A stretch of 63,966 nt of DNA, counting the filler, from Lama guanicoe (taxonomy: Eukaryota): assembly GCA_013239625.1 (NCBI GenBank). It is 83 parts of 80 records of this genome, joined end to end, with 100 filler letters (N's around TTAATTAATTAA, not from the genome) between each part and the next. Parts side by side here need not be neighbours in the genome. Positions count along the whole stretch, not along the records: positions 35,802 to 36,278 come from PNXV01004966.1; positions 36,379 to 37,361 come from PNXV01004967.1; positions 37,462 to 37,899 come from PNXV01004969.1; positions 38,000 to 38,477 come from MU054006.1; positions 38,578 to 39,340 come from MU054007.1; positions 39,441 to 39,926 come from PNXV01004974.1; positions 40,027 to 40,828 come from MU054009.1; positions 40,929 to 41,365 come from PNXV01004980.1; 75 more parts are not named here. One strand, given 5' to 3'. Each line of letters opens with the position of its first letter. The first letter of the stretch is position 1. This document shows positions 36,101 to 48,490 of this stretch, in pieces. The position numbers were made by a program, and so were the translations under genes. The notes beneath the pieces were generated by a model. It had not been told where the DNA came from. It did not search any database and was given only the letters and a program-made list of their open reading frames with translations.

Positions 36101-37999
36101 GCCCTTCTCATGCCCCACGTTTTTTTTCTTGTATCAAAAGGACTGGGTTGTGAAGGGAGCTCTGAGGCCCCAGCTAAGGGACAGGAGCAGACAGCAGGGC
36201 TCCATTTGGCGGGCAGCCTCTCCCCCAGAAGGGGACTTGGGGTCGGCCCGGTTCTCTGTGTTTCTCTGTTGTGCTGACNNNNNNNNNNNNNNNNNNNNNN
36301 NNNNNNNNNNNNNNNNNNNNNNTTAATTAATTAANNNNNNNNNNNNNNNNNNNNNNNNNNNNNNNNNNNNNNNNNNNNGAAACCAATGAGTCGGGATTTT
36401 ATAAAACAGCTAGAAGCGGCCTCTGGAACACCTTAAAGCTGAGAAGTGTATTGAGTTCCCTGAGTATTGACCCCGCCACTGTGTGATAATTGGTGGTAGG
36501 AGATTTGGTACATATACGAAAGGGTGTAGTGTTTTGACTTGGGTTTGCGTGCACACGCTTCCACTGAGCCACGTGAGCCTGAGTCAGTTCATTCTGAGTT
36601 TTTCCCTTGTCTGTGAGATGGGGACACTCGTATCTGCTTTGCAGAATTGTGAGAACTAGAAATTATGTAAACTGTTAACACAGTGGGTATGTCAAGAGGG
36701 ATCATAAACTTTAGCTGATGTTTTGTGTGAAGACATCATTTGAGAGTCTTTGGCAATTACTAAGAAACAGGAAAATAAGAGAAGCTGGTTTTATGATCAA
36801 AGATATTTGAGAAAGTTCCATATTTCCTATACCAATAATTAAGCATCAGCAGAGTCAGAACTGTTACACAGCCTCCCTGAACCAATGTTAAGCCACAAAA
36901 TTATTTGTTACTTCATATAGTTTGGGGCTGAAGGGGACCCAATAATTATACACATGTTGTCTCCAGCAGCCCACTGAGAGATGACAAAGAAGAACAGGCA
37001 GGCGATAAATGTCTCCTATATTACTGATGAAGCCACGTTCTCCATGAAATTCAGGGCTGTGGGAGAGAGGATGTCATGACACTATGTCCCAGAATTAAAG
37101 ACTCACGCAGTCCCAGGTAACTCTGGGCCACAGCGAGCCTTCCCTTCAGAGGATCTGTCCCATAATGCACAGGACTGTCTTTCCATGGAGCTGAGCATCC
37201 CGGGTGCTTCCTAAGGGTGGCCAACACTGGAGGGAAAGGAAAGGTTTCATATGCCCTGCTTGTATCCCCGGAAAATCTGTTAGTGTGAGGAGGGCTAGCT
37301 GTGGGCCAGGGACCAGGGGTGTGAAGGGAGAAGCACTCTCCGTGGCCCAGAGGAGTGGGGANNNNNNNNNNNNNNNNNNNNNNNNNNNNNNNNNNNNNNN
37401 NNNNNTTAATTAATTAANNNNNNNNNNNNNNNNNNNNNNNNNNNNNNNNNNNNNNNNNNNNGAAAGCTCCATAAGCACAAGGATAATGTCTATTTTGTCA
37501 TCATCATAACTAGAACACATGCCTGAAATAAAGCAGATGCTTAATAAATATCTGATGGCATAATAATAAATGACTGGAGCTTATTATATAAAAATTCCTG
37601 ATGTCCCAGCTCCTCATTCAGTCTCTCCCTCTGTTTCTCTCCTTTCTGCAACAGAAACAGTGACTACCAGGAGCTGAAGTGGTGGGTTACAGTTCCAGTG
37701 GGTGCCTAATTTGAAAGTGGTAAAGGTCAACATACTTGGTGACATCAGTGATGACAGCCAGGAACTGGGTTCTTTGCTGGACAGGGGTTCAGGGGAGAGT
37801 GTGCCTGGTCTCATGGAAGTTTTCTTTATACCGGGTGTTAAATGCAGCACCAGCAGCAACCTGGCTCTTTCTGTAATTTACCTGTTTATTTCTCCCTCTN
37901 NNNNNNNNNNNNNNNNNNNNNNNNNNNNNNNNNNNNNNNNNNNTTAATTAATTAANNNNNNNNNNNNNNNNNNNNNNNNNNNNNNNNNNNNNNNNNNNN

Positions 38000-38477
38000 C
38001 ATTGTACTCACTTTCATGAGAATTCTGATGATGAATGTATGTTGAAGTGTGTCAAATGCTTATTTTTTTGTATTGACATAGTTTTGTGAATTTTGTCCTT
38101 CTATTATAAGATATGTGTCATGCTGCTTGACTTGTGTATGTTGAACCATCTTTGTGACTCTGAAAGGAATCCAATTGATCATCGTGTATAATCCTTTCTA
38201 AGTATTCCTGGATTCATTTGTTGATGTTTTTCGAGGATTTTTGAATGTATATCCTCATTCATCAAGGATTTTNNNNNNNNNNNNNNNNNTTTTTTTTTTG
38301 GTAATGTCTTTGACTGGTTTTGTTATCAGGGTAATGTTGGCCTCATAGAATAACTTTGGGGAATTTCCTTCCAACTTCATTTTTTAAAATAGTTTGGGGG
38401 AAAGATGTTTTGCTGAAGGAATCCAGGTATTTTGTTCAAGGGGTGTTTCTAAAATTACACATTTTATTGAACATATA
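38000..38477 (-). mobile_element. Degenerate LINE-1 ORF2 fragment, antisense
   Basis: tatgttgaaccatc, gaggatttttgaatgtat..ttcatcaagga and ggttttgttatcagggtaatgttggcctcatagaa are reverse L1 ORF2 motifs. Confidence 0.85.
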
Positions 38478-38577
38478 NNNNNNNNNNNNNNNNNNNNNNN
38501 NNNNNNNNNNNNNNNNNNNNNTTAATTAATTAANNNNNNNNNNNNNNNNNNNNNNNNNNNNNNNNNNNNNNNNNNNN

Positions 38578-39340
38578 TTGTGTCAGTTTAAAGTTCCTGC
38601 ATTTTTTAATGTAAAACTGAGTTGAAGAATTTACCACCCCTGATATATGTATTTAGTGGTGTTAGCTACTGAAAAGAAACTTTGTGTTCCCTTCAAGCTA
38701 CGTGAAGGACGTCTTTAACAAACCCTTATCTCTGAGAACTGAGCATGTGGAGAGATGTTCGTTGATCCAGCACTAAAAGAACTGGTAGAAAGTGAAACAA
38801 TTACTCTGGGTTCTCAGTCTGATTCCTAGTGCCGGTTTGAAGTTCCTGCAGTTTTCACTGTAGAACCAAGTTGGAGTTTTACCACCCATTACATATATAT
38901 GTTGTGGTCTTAGCAAATATAAAGAATCTATGGGTTCCCTTCAAGCTAGGTGAAGGAAGGCTTTAACAAACACTTTTCTCTCAGGACTGAGCATGTGGAG
39001 TGACGTTCCTTGATCCATCACTAANNNNNNNNNNNNNNNNNNNNNNNNNNNNNNNNNNNNNNNNNNNNNNNNNNNNNNNNNNNNNNNNNNNNNNNNNNNN
39101 NNNNNNNNNNNNNNNNNNNNNNNNNNNNNNNNNNNNAAATGAAAATTTGTGTTTCTTTCAAGCTAGGTGAAGTTGGGCTTTCACACTCACTTAACTCTCA
39201 GAATTGAGCATGTGGACAGATGTTCCTCGTCCAGCACAAAGGGAATGGATTCCACGATAAACTCTTACCCTGGTTTCTCGCTCTTTTTCCAAGTGCCGGT
39301 TTGAAGTTCCTGCAGTTATCAGTGTAAAATCGAGTTGGAA
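38578..39340 (+). repeat. Satellite B (more diverged monomers)
   Basis: Recurring gttcccttcaagcta.gtgaagg, actgagcatgtggag and gtgccggtttgaagttcctgcag. Confidence 0.92.
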
Positions 39341-39440
39341 NNNNNNNNNNNNNNNNNNNNNNNNNNNNNNNNNNNNNNNNNNNNTTAATTAATTAANNNN
39401 NNNNNNNNNNNNNNNNNNNNNNNNNNNNNNNNNNNNNNNN

Positions 39441-39830
39441 GAAAATTCAACCAAAACAATGGGAGAATATATTTTCAAGTGATATTTTCAAATCAACTGT
39501 TAATGTCCAAAATATATGGCAAACACATACACCACAACAACAAAAAAGACCAAACACTCCAATTTAAAAAAAATGTCCATAGGAACTGAATAGATAGATC
39601 TGAATCAATTTTCTGAAGAAAACATACAGTTGGCAAAATGATACATGAAAATATGTTCAGAGTTATAAATTTTTAGGAAAGTCATAAACCAAAATAGGAA
39701 AGTCATAAACCAAAAATGAGACAAGACCTCACACTTCTCAGAAGGCTCTCATCAAAAAGTAAAGAAATAGATGTTGGAGAGATTGTGGAGAAAAAGAATA
39801 ACCGAGGACACTGTGTATGCAAAGAATGCA
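39441..39830 (+). mobile_element. Degenerate LINE-1 ORF2 3' fragment
   Basis: aatgggagaatatatttt, ttaatgtccaaaatatat, catgaaaatatgttca and gatgttggagagattgtggagaaaa. Confidence 0.75.
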
Positions 39831-40928
39831 AAGTATTAATTCCATTGCACATAAACATCAAATTTTCTTCATCTAGATTTTTTCAAGGGATATTGGGTTT
39901 GTAGGCCCCTGTCTGAAGGCTGTAGANNNNNNNNNNNNNNNNNNNNNNNNNNNNNNNNNNNNNNNNNNNNTTAATTAATTAANNNNNNNNNNNNNNNNNN
40001 NNNNNNNNNNNNNNNNNNNNNNNNNNGGAAAAAAAAGCTAAAATAAATTCTGGGGACAATAGAACCAGTGTTGGAGAATTAAGAAAAGAATTTATTTTAG
40101 GGCCTGACATGTAACAGTTTGATTATAAATCGTTCCTTCCTTCCCTCCTTTTTCTCTTTCACTTCCTCTCATCTTCCTCTCTCCCACTCTAACCTACTTT
40201 CTTCTTATTCCTTCCTGAATTTAATAATCATATTTACTAGCTAGCAGGACCATTTTACTACCTCTGTAGATCCAGTCATCCACAAATATAGCCAACTTAT
40301 TCTACATTATATTAGTGTGATAAGCACACATATAGATTACTTTTATCAAATATGTAACTTATAGTTTTGATTTTAAGTTAATTGGCTATGTAATTCAGAT
40401 TGTCCATCATTTCTTAGAAGTCACTGAGTATTCTTTCCAACACTTAAATGAGATATGTAACCAATGGAATTTTTTCAACAGAATAGTGAAATTGAATTTT
40501 AACAGTGACATGCAATANNNNNNNNNNNNTTTAACAGTGAAATAGTTTTGTGGATATTTATTGATAGAATTTTGTAAGATCTCTTCTGTAATGTATACAG
40601 TATTTACATTTTTTCCACCTTTTTCCACCAAGAACTCCAGGATTTGAAAAGAGAGGTTCTAATGGATCATGTGTTAAACTGCATTGGTTACTTGATCCTT
40701 ATAAAAGCATGTTTAGTCATTGCTGTTTTTGGTAGTGATTTTACCAAAAATTCTGACAAATTTAATTGTGATAGTTAAAAAATAATTAATAGATTATGTG
40801 TTATCATATAACATAGAATGAATAATTGNNNNNNNNNNNNNNNNNNNNNNNNNNNNNNNNNNNNNNNNNNNNTTAATTAATTAANNNNNNNNNNNNNNNN
40901 NNNNNNNNNNNNNNNNNNNNNNNNNNNN

Positions 40929-41365
40929 TGCATGACGGATTCGACAAACATGCATTCCTGATTTGAGAGCATGTGGACTACTGATCTTTCATTCCCTATA
41001 AAAACAATATTTTCATCTAGACACGTGTACCCATTTTCACAGCCTTTTCCTAACACCAGTTTCGAACTCGTGCATTTTTCTCAGAAAAATACTTCTGCAG
41101 CGATTTCCACCAAACAGATATGTAATTTACATGAATTCCATCAACATGGCATTCCGGGTTCCGTACATGCTACATGCAGATTCGGCAAACATGTGTTTCT
41201 GAGATCTCAGCATGTGGATTACTGACCTTTCATCCAACAAACAAGGCATATATACACTTAGAAATATTTACTCAGACTGCATAGGTTTTTTTTGTCACCA
41301 GGTAATACAATCGGAGATTTGGCACTAGAAAAGCCTCTTTGAGCGTATTCTCACCAATACACATG
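40929..41365 (+). repeat. Satellite D
   Basis: gattcg.caaacatg...agcatgtgga.tactga.ctttcat occurs at 40938 and 41179 (period 241). Confidence 0.8.
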
Positions 41366-42373
41366 NNNNNNNNNNNNNNNNNNNNNNNNNNNNNNNNNNN
41401 NNNNNNNNNTTAATTAATTAANNNNNNNNNNNNNNNNNNNNNNNNNNNNNNNNNNNNNNNNNNNNACGTGTATAAAAGCAGACGCACCTCCTAATAAAAT
41501 CCATATTCAAAGCATGAAAAAAGAGAGCCCTTTCCAGACTCCTGCAGCCCTTACATGCATAACTTTTCCCCTTATCTAGGTCCACACTACTGAGGCACAG
41601 CGCCATATGGATGACTTTCAAATGCATTTTACTGAGTTAAAAAAAAAAGTCAGACAACATCCCTTTCTCATCAAATTTGCTATGAACTAAAAATGCTAAA
41701 AGGTTCACTGGTCGGTAGTTTTAGGCTCCAGCTCCCACCCCCAAACCCCCACATCTAGTTGTAAATTAAATTTCAAAAGCTCTATACACCCAAAGTCCCA
41801 GTTTTTAGGGGCAAGTGTTAATCATATACGTACTACAAAAATATTAGTGTGTGAATTCCCATCATTCTGGGATATAAATAACTGTTAATTCACATCATAA
41901 TGTGGCTTGCCGAGTGAAAGCTGCCAGTGCAAACCCAGAGACCATTTTTCTCTTAAGCCCTTTTAACCATTCGTGGCTTTCTCCTGCCCCGAAAATGTTT
42001 AAGTAACACACACAGTAATAAAATAACTGATGGAACAATTACACACCTCTCCTCCCACCCAACTCCCACCCACCTCGAGTCCCTCCAAACACCTCACCCT
42101 CCACAGAGACGAAGTGTGAAGTACTAACCCCCTGAAATGCAGTTTCCACCATGCGTCCCTGGGAGAAAAGCGCCTGTCTCCCTGACTCCCGTCTTGTTTT
42201 AGCAAAGTTTATCAGTTTTACATTACCAAGTCTCTCCTCATTCCAGGCTTCTCTGAAGGTAGAGGCTGTCGGTNNNNNNNNNNNNNNNNNNNNNNNNNNN
42301 NNNNNNNNNNNNNNNNNTTAATTAATTAANNNNNNNNNNNNNNNNNNNNNNNNNNNNNNNNNNNNNNNNNNNN

Positions 42374-42855
42374 ACATGCCGCTGTCCAGTTTTCCCAACA
42401 GCAGTTGCTGAAGGGATTGTCTCTCTTCCATTGTATTTTCTTGCCTCCTGTCAAAGATTAATTGACCAAAAGTTTGTGGGATTATTTCTGGCTCTCAATT
42501 CTGTTCCGTTGGCCTGTATGTATCATTTCCTACCAATACAATGCTGTCATGTTGACTGTAGTTCTATAGTATTATCTGAATCATTAGCGTTAAGAAATGC
42601 CACTGATTTTTGAAACTTAATCTTGTAACCTGCTACATTGCTGAATTCTTCGATCAGCTGTAGTAGTTTTTGCCTGGATCTTGTACGGTTTTCTATATAT
42701 AGTAACATATTTTCTGCATATAGTGAGACTTTTACCACTTACTTTCAAATTTGCAATCATTTTACCTCTTTCTCTACTCTTGTTTGATTACTGTGGCTAG
42801 GTCTTCCCAGTCTATTTGAGTCAGAATGGTGATAGTGTGCATCCTTTTACTGTCC
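42374..42855 (-). mobile_element. LINE-1 ORF2 fragment with internal deletion, antisense
   Basis: Peptide VKVSLYAENMLLYIEN...LLQLIEEFSNVAGYKI is a degenerate RT YADD region, joined directly to a downstream ORF2 segment at about 42580. Confidence 0.88.
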
Positions 42856-42955
42856 NNNNNNNNNNNNNNNNNNNNNNNNNNNNNNNNNNNNNNNNNNNNT
42901 TAATTAATTAANNNNNNNNNNNNNNNNNNNNNNNNNNNNNNNNNNNNNNNNNNNN

Positions 42956-43039
42956 CTGAACACTGGAATTTGACACAACACTGTAACATGATTATGAATC
43001 AATAAAAAGTGTAAAAAAAAAAAGAAAAGAAAAGAAAAA
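42956..43039 (+). mobile_element. LINE-1 extreme 3' end with A-rich tail
   Basis: gaatttgacacaacactgtaa...aataaaaa followed by an A/GAAAA tail; matches 56790-56845. Confidence 0.8.
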
Positions 43040-43117
43040 CAATTATCTATTGCCAAACATGTAAGTAGTTTCCATATTTTATTACATATTATGCTGTGAT
43101 CTTAAAGACATATGTAC

Positions 43118-43397
43118 ACTTATTAAAATTGTTTGCCAGTTTCCAATGTTGTATCAATTTCTGGTGTATGGTGTACAGCACAATTTTTCAGTCATACATG
43201 AATACATATATATACACATACATTCATTTTCATATATTTTTCACCATGAGCTACTACAAGATCTTGTATTTATTTCCCTGTGCTATACAGTATAACTTGT
43301 TTATCGATTCACTATATACCTGTCGGTATCTATAAACCTCAAACTCCCAGTCTAGTCCTTCTCACTCTCCTCCCCCGGCCACCGCAAGTTTGTATTC
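43118..43397 (-). mobile_element. 5'-truncated LINE-1 3' end flanked by a 15-bp target-site duplication
   Basis: Reverse complement of the L1 3'UTR at 56595-56825. TAAAGACATATGTAC occurs at 43103-43117 and 43398-43412. Confidence 0.88.
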
Positions 43398-43566
43398 TAA
43401 AGACATATGTACTTTTGTATAATGAATTCTTATNNNNNNNNNNNNNNNNNNNNNNNNNNNNNNNNNNNNNNNNNNNNTTAATTAATTAANNNNNNNNNNN
43501 NNNNNNNNNNNNNNNNNNNNNNNNNNNNNNNNNATATCTTTTCTGTGACACATCTGTAGGAGAAAC

Positions 43567-44047
43567 TGTTACCGAGTCCAGATTCATTCTGCTTGCCACA
43601 CGACAGGCCAGTAAATCAGGAGACAAGATGTTGGGGCAAGGAACAGTGACTTTATTCGGAAAGCTGGCAGACTGAGAAGATGGCAGACTAACATCTTGGA
43701 GAACCATCTTACTCCAGTCACAATTAAGGCTCCTTTTATACTGAAAAGGGGAGGGGGTGTGGTTGATTGTTGCAAACTTCCTGGTGTAGGAATTCTTTGT
43801 TCTTAGCTGTCCACGTGGGTCAGCTCATGGTGCCCCTGTAAAACCTCTAACAAAACAAATGCTATTTTCTATTCTGCACATTGTTATCTTTATATATGCG
43901 CAAAAGTGTTAATACCCTTAAAGGTCAGAGCCTTGAGAATAGGCTGACCTGTATATTTCAAGTTAAAGGCAACATTCTTTTACAAAAGGTGCAGAGCGAG
44001 CAAGACTAAGCCTAGAAAACAAGGCACAGGGTTAAAGCCAAAGAAAC
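43567..44047 (-). mobile_element. ERV1-type LTR (MER41-like), 3' part
   Basis: The minus strand ends ...ctcggtaaCA at 43567, with AATAAA (plus strand tttatt at 43651-43656) and a TATA-like cagtataaaagg at about 43732-43743. Confidence 0.8.
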
Positions 44048-44147
44048 NNNNNNNNNNNNNNNNNNNNNNNNNNNNNNNNNNNNNNNNNNNNTTAATTAAT
44101 TAANNNNNNNNNNNNNNNNNNNNNNNNNNNNNNNNNNNNNNNNNNNN

Positions 44148-44992
44148 TAAGTTTATGATAAATTACCTATGTCTAGTACTTCTGTGTTACTTTGGTTGGT
44201 TTCCCTACTCCAAGGATCTAACTAGATAGCCCTCAGAAATGTTATTCTAAAAAGAAATTATAGTTCTGTTTAGACCACTGTTGATCTTACAAGGTGGGAG
44301 ATTTCACCTGGCCAATTAATACCTGCTGACACTGACCATAAATATGAACTTTCTCATAGGATCACACTCAGAAATACAAGCAAAATTTTAACCCAAAAAT
44401 ACAACTTCTCGACTATTAAATTCTTACTCGTGAGTTTATTAACGTTACTAGCTGTATTACTTATATCCTGTCTATTTTATAAAATTGTTGTCTGTTACAT
44501 TTCCCAATGTGTAACTAGGCCCACAAGATTGATGATGGCTAAACATCTTGAAGAAATAGATAAAATTTATAACCCTGAATAAAATAAATAAAATAGTGTG
44601 ATTCTAGGTATGGGAATGAGCAAAGAAGGTTAAACACTTCCTGGATCATAATAGAGTAGTAAGACAGGTGATCCAGAGAACTTTTAGTATCAACAGGGCC
44701 TGATAAAAAAAACTAACACCTTGAATGGCAACTCAGAAGATTCTTCACCTACCTAAACTAGGAATGAGCCATCCTAGCACCGTGGGACAAAATTGGTCAT
44801 GAAATGTCTCTCAAAATATTGGTCGAATTTAGGACCAAGGGGGAGCACTGTGAATCCTTAACACACAGGCTCTCCAGCTCCTCTGCATTATTCCTGGCAC
44901 CAAGCATTTCCCATGGCGATATTCTCCACTTCTCAGACACAGTGCTCTGTGCAGCCAGTAACCTCCATTCGACCTTGATCATCTACCTGCCA
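44148..44992 (+). mobile_element. ERV 3' internal region: env-like remnant, polypurine tract and probable 3' LTR start
   Basis: An open frame at 44274-44582 ends in a hydrophobic anchor (FLLVSLLTLLAVLLISCLFYKIVVCYI) plus a short tail. A PPT-like accaagggggagcac is followed by TG at 44849. Confidence 0.65.
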
Positions 44993-45092
44993 NNNNNNNN
45001 NNNNNNNNNNNNNNNNNNNNNNNNNNNNNNNNNNNNTTAATTAATTAANNNNNNNNNNNNNNNNNNNNNNNNNNNNNNNNNNNNNNNNNNNN

Positions 45093-45650
45093 TGAGAATT
45101 TTAGCACATATGTTCATCAGGGATAATATTCTATATTTTGCCTATAATGTCCTTTCTAGCATTGTTACACAAATAAATGGCATCATAAAACAAGTTTGGA
45201 ATCTTTCACCCCCTTCAAAGTCTTGGAAGATTTGGGGAATAATTGGTGAAAAATTGTCTTCAAATGTATGACAGAATTCACTAGTAATGTCGTCTTGTAA
45301 ATTTTTTATGGTTTGGGAAGAGGGAAGTTTGATTATTGATTTACTCATACACAGTTTTGCTCTATTTAACTTTCTAATTTCTTCTTGATTCACTATTGGA
45401 AGACATATGTTTCTGGGAAATTGTCTTTTGTTCTAAGTCATTCAAATCATTGGCTAGTGGTAACATCTTATGATGCTTTACATTTCTACAACATCAGTGG
45501 TAATATCTTCTCTTTTATTTCTAATTTTATTTGAGTCTTTGTTTTGTTAGCCAACCTAAAATTTTTCCAGTTTATGTTTAAAAGAAACAGACAGGAATTG
45601 ATTTTTATCTTTTCAATTGTTTCTCTTGTTATTTGCCTTACTCTCATTTA
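45093..45650 (-). mobile_element. Old LINE-1 ORF2 fragment, antisense
   Basis: The reverse translation includes NQEEIRKLNR and EFCHTFED...PIIPQIFQ, resembling L1 ORF2. Confidence 0.75.
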
Positions 45651-48312
45651 NNNNNNNNNNNNNNNNNNNNNNNNNNNNNNNNNNNNNNNNNNNNTTAATT
45701 AATTAANNNNNNNNNNNNNNNNNNNNNNNNNNNNNNNNNNNNNNNNNNNNTAGACAGTAGGAAGAGAAACAAAGTGCACAGAGACCCACCCCCAGACAAG
45801 AGTTGATGGAGACCCAGAGACTGGAGACTGTCTCCCAACCCCCACCACTCCTGCCCTCCAGTGCCACCCCACCTTCTTTGGCTTCCTTCCCCTTCGCCTT
45901 CTTCCTTGTTCCCTCTCTTCCCTCCTTTCCTTCCCTGCTTCCCTCTGGCTGGCCCACCCCCATGCACCCTTCATCGCTGCCACCACAACTGCCACCTGTC
46001 TCTTCACCAGCTGATGTGCCCTCTTGCCCCCTGCACGGCACCATCCCTGCATTCCACAGGGGACTCAGGCAAGGGTGCTGAAGGTAGGTGAGAGGCACAC
46101 AGAGACAAACCGACTGGCAGCCAGGCAGCCCCTGAGGAGAGACATTCAGACAGAGGGAAGTTTCCCTGCCCTCAGTTCCTTCCAAGATCAGAAAACTGTC
46201 ACCCCACCTCCACAGTGATGCCAGGGAGGTGGGAGGAAGAAGTGGGTATATCCCCTTCCCAGTACCCCCAAAAATGTCTGAGCCTTCAATGTTGAATTTT
46301 TCTTTATTAAAATGCACTTTTATCTTATAAAATCAACCAATCAAAAAGTGATGTAGACTATAACATTGGCTCTATGAAGGTGGCATCTCTTGGTTTGGGG
46401 GCATGAAGGCCATGGGGCACAGAGGGGGCACAAAGATGTGGTTGCTGTCCCTGGCCTCCAGCTCTGTGGAGGTNNNNNNNNNNNNNNNNNNNNNNNNNNN
46501 NNNNNNNNNNNNNNNNNTTAATTAATTAANNNNNNNNNNNNNNNNNNNNNNNNNNNNNNNNNNNNNNNNNNNNGAGTTTCAGTCAAGAGTAACTCTGGTG
46601 AATAGTGTAGGAAAGAAATTTTTCAATTATTCAGTAAGGTATGAGTCGAAAACTACCCTTTTTTTCCCCACATAGTCATAAATTACTCCTTTATTAGAAC
46701 AGAGAGTTTAGTTACTAATTAAGAGAAGTTGCTGTTTAGAAACAACTTTATAAGTTCATGAGAAATAAAATTTCAACTTCATGAAATATTACAGGTACTC
46801 CTAAATGATCTACAGTGGGAGGTAACATCCACAGATGTCTTTTCCAGAACACAGATCCCCGAATTAGCATAATCCAAGGTGAGGCTGGGGAGTCTACTAA
46901 CTGATGCCCTACAGTTTATGTTTCTTCTTTTGCAACACTTTGAACTTACGTATTTGACTATTATTTATTTAGTAAATCATTTTTAAATCCCTTTTGAAAN
47001 NNNNNNNNNNNNNNNNNNNNNNNNNNNNNNNNNNNNNNNNNNNTTAATTAATTAANNNNNNNNNNNNNNNNNNNNNNNNNNNNNNNNNNNNNNNNNNNNG
47101 GATCATTGCCAACGCCAGGAACTCAGACTGTTTTCCCCACCCCACCCTACTCCTCTCTGGGGCTCTGTTACATGCACGCTGACTTAAGCAAGCCTTTCTT
47201 CACAGCTCCCTGGTGACAGTAATGATTTTCTTTCTGGGCAGTGTCTTGACCCCTTTCTAATTCATATGCCAAGAAGCTGTGACAGAAGCTGCATCTAAGG
47301 TAAACAAAGTCTTATCTTGGACACCAGGACTCTAAAGTCATCCTCATGCGGTGTAACAGAGACACACGCAACTTTATGTCTCAAACAAAACACCTTGGGA
47401 GGGGAGGTCGGGGAAGGTCTGGTCTGGTCAGGTCACTGAGAAAAGCAAGAACAATGGTGGTGACTAACGTTACCAACCCTAACTGCGTGTCAAGTGTGTT
47501 GTTAACCATTTCACATACATAGCTTCTTTAAAGAGGGGGAAACAGGTGCAGAGAGATGGGAAAGCTTTCCTCAGGTCACACAGCTAGGAGGGGNNNNNNN
47601 NNNNNNNNNNNNNNNNNNNNNNNNNNNNNNNNNNNNNTTAATTAATTAANNNNNNNNNNNNNNNNNNNNNNNNNNNNNNNNNNNNNNNNNNNNCTAAGTT
47701 TTAAAATCACTAACACGTGTAATAGATTTTCTAGGCAGAAACGGATTTGTAGGATTCACTTGTAATCTGAAATAATATGTAGCTAAGTTTAAGGAGTTTT
47801 TTAAGTTATTTTGGAAACAATAATTTGAATCATACTTGTTAAATAGTGACATTGTTCAGCCTTGATGAAGCAAGGGAGATAATGATTCAAAGTAGAGCAA
47901 TATTTAGAGATAAAGCATTTTTCAAGAGAATCATTTACAAGCTAAGGGAAATATTTTTACAGACTCTTACACTGTCAAAATGGTAAAGCCGGAGCCCTCT
48001 ACACAAGGCAGCGGGCACATCCAAGAACCCGTCTGCATGTGAGAGTCCGGTTACAGACACATGTCGGGGGCCTGTCTGGAGGGAGATGTGTGCGGACGCG
48101 GAGCAGGGGGCAGCGGGCAGGGGGCAGGGGGNNNNNNNNNNGGGGCTGGGCAGACTCAGCAGGGAGAGGCTGGCGTTTGCGGGGCTTGCATTTAACTGAA
48201 TATATTGATCATAAAACCCCAGATTCATCATTCTAATGTGAAAAGTTCATAGCAGGAGAGGCAGGAAGTGTACTTGTGTCTTGTACAGGGATGGCAGCAC
48301 AGGAACCTCTGG

Positions 48313-48490
48313 GTGTGTGTGTGTCTATGTGTGTGTGAGTTTGAGGGTGTGCATTTGTGTTTATGTCTTTGTATGTACATATGTGTTTGTGTGTCTGTGT
48401 GTCAGTTGGTGTTTCTGTGTGTATTTGTGTGTCTCTGTGTTTGTGTGTCTGTGTGTGATTTGGTGTTTGTGCGTCTGTGTTTTTGTGTGT
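48313..48490. repeat. Degenerate (TG)n / GT-rich simple repeat
   Basis: Interrupted TG array. Confidence 0.9.

Noticed and set aside
37651..37677. Strong polypyrimidine acceptor followed by a possible 27-bp micro-exon
   Set aside because: The donor is weak and the peptide unrecognised; this cannot be supported without transcripts.
43534..44992. LTR scaffold next to the env/PPT scaffold read as one provirus
   Set aside because: They are separated by the artificial linker and lie in opposite orientation, so the adjacency is uninformative.
45806..45820. ATG GAG ACC CAG AGA (METQR), the same start as cathelicidin exon 1
   Set aside because: The downstream sequence is Pro/Ser-rich low complexity, with no signal peptide and no cathelin LYRLL motif. 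It is coincidental and on a different scaffold.
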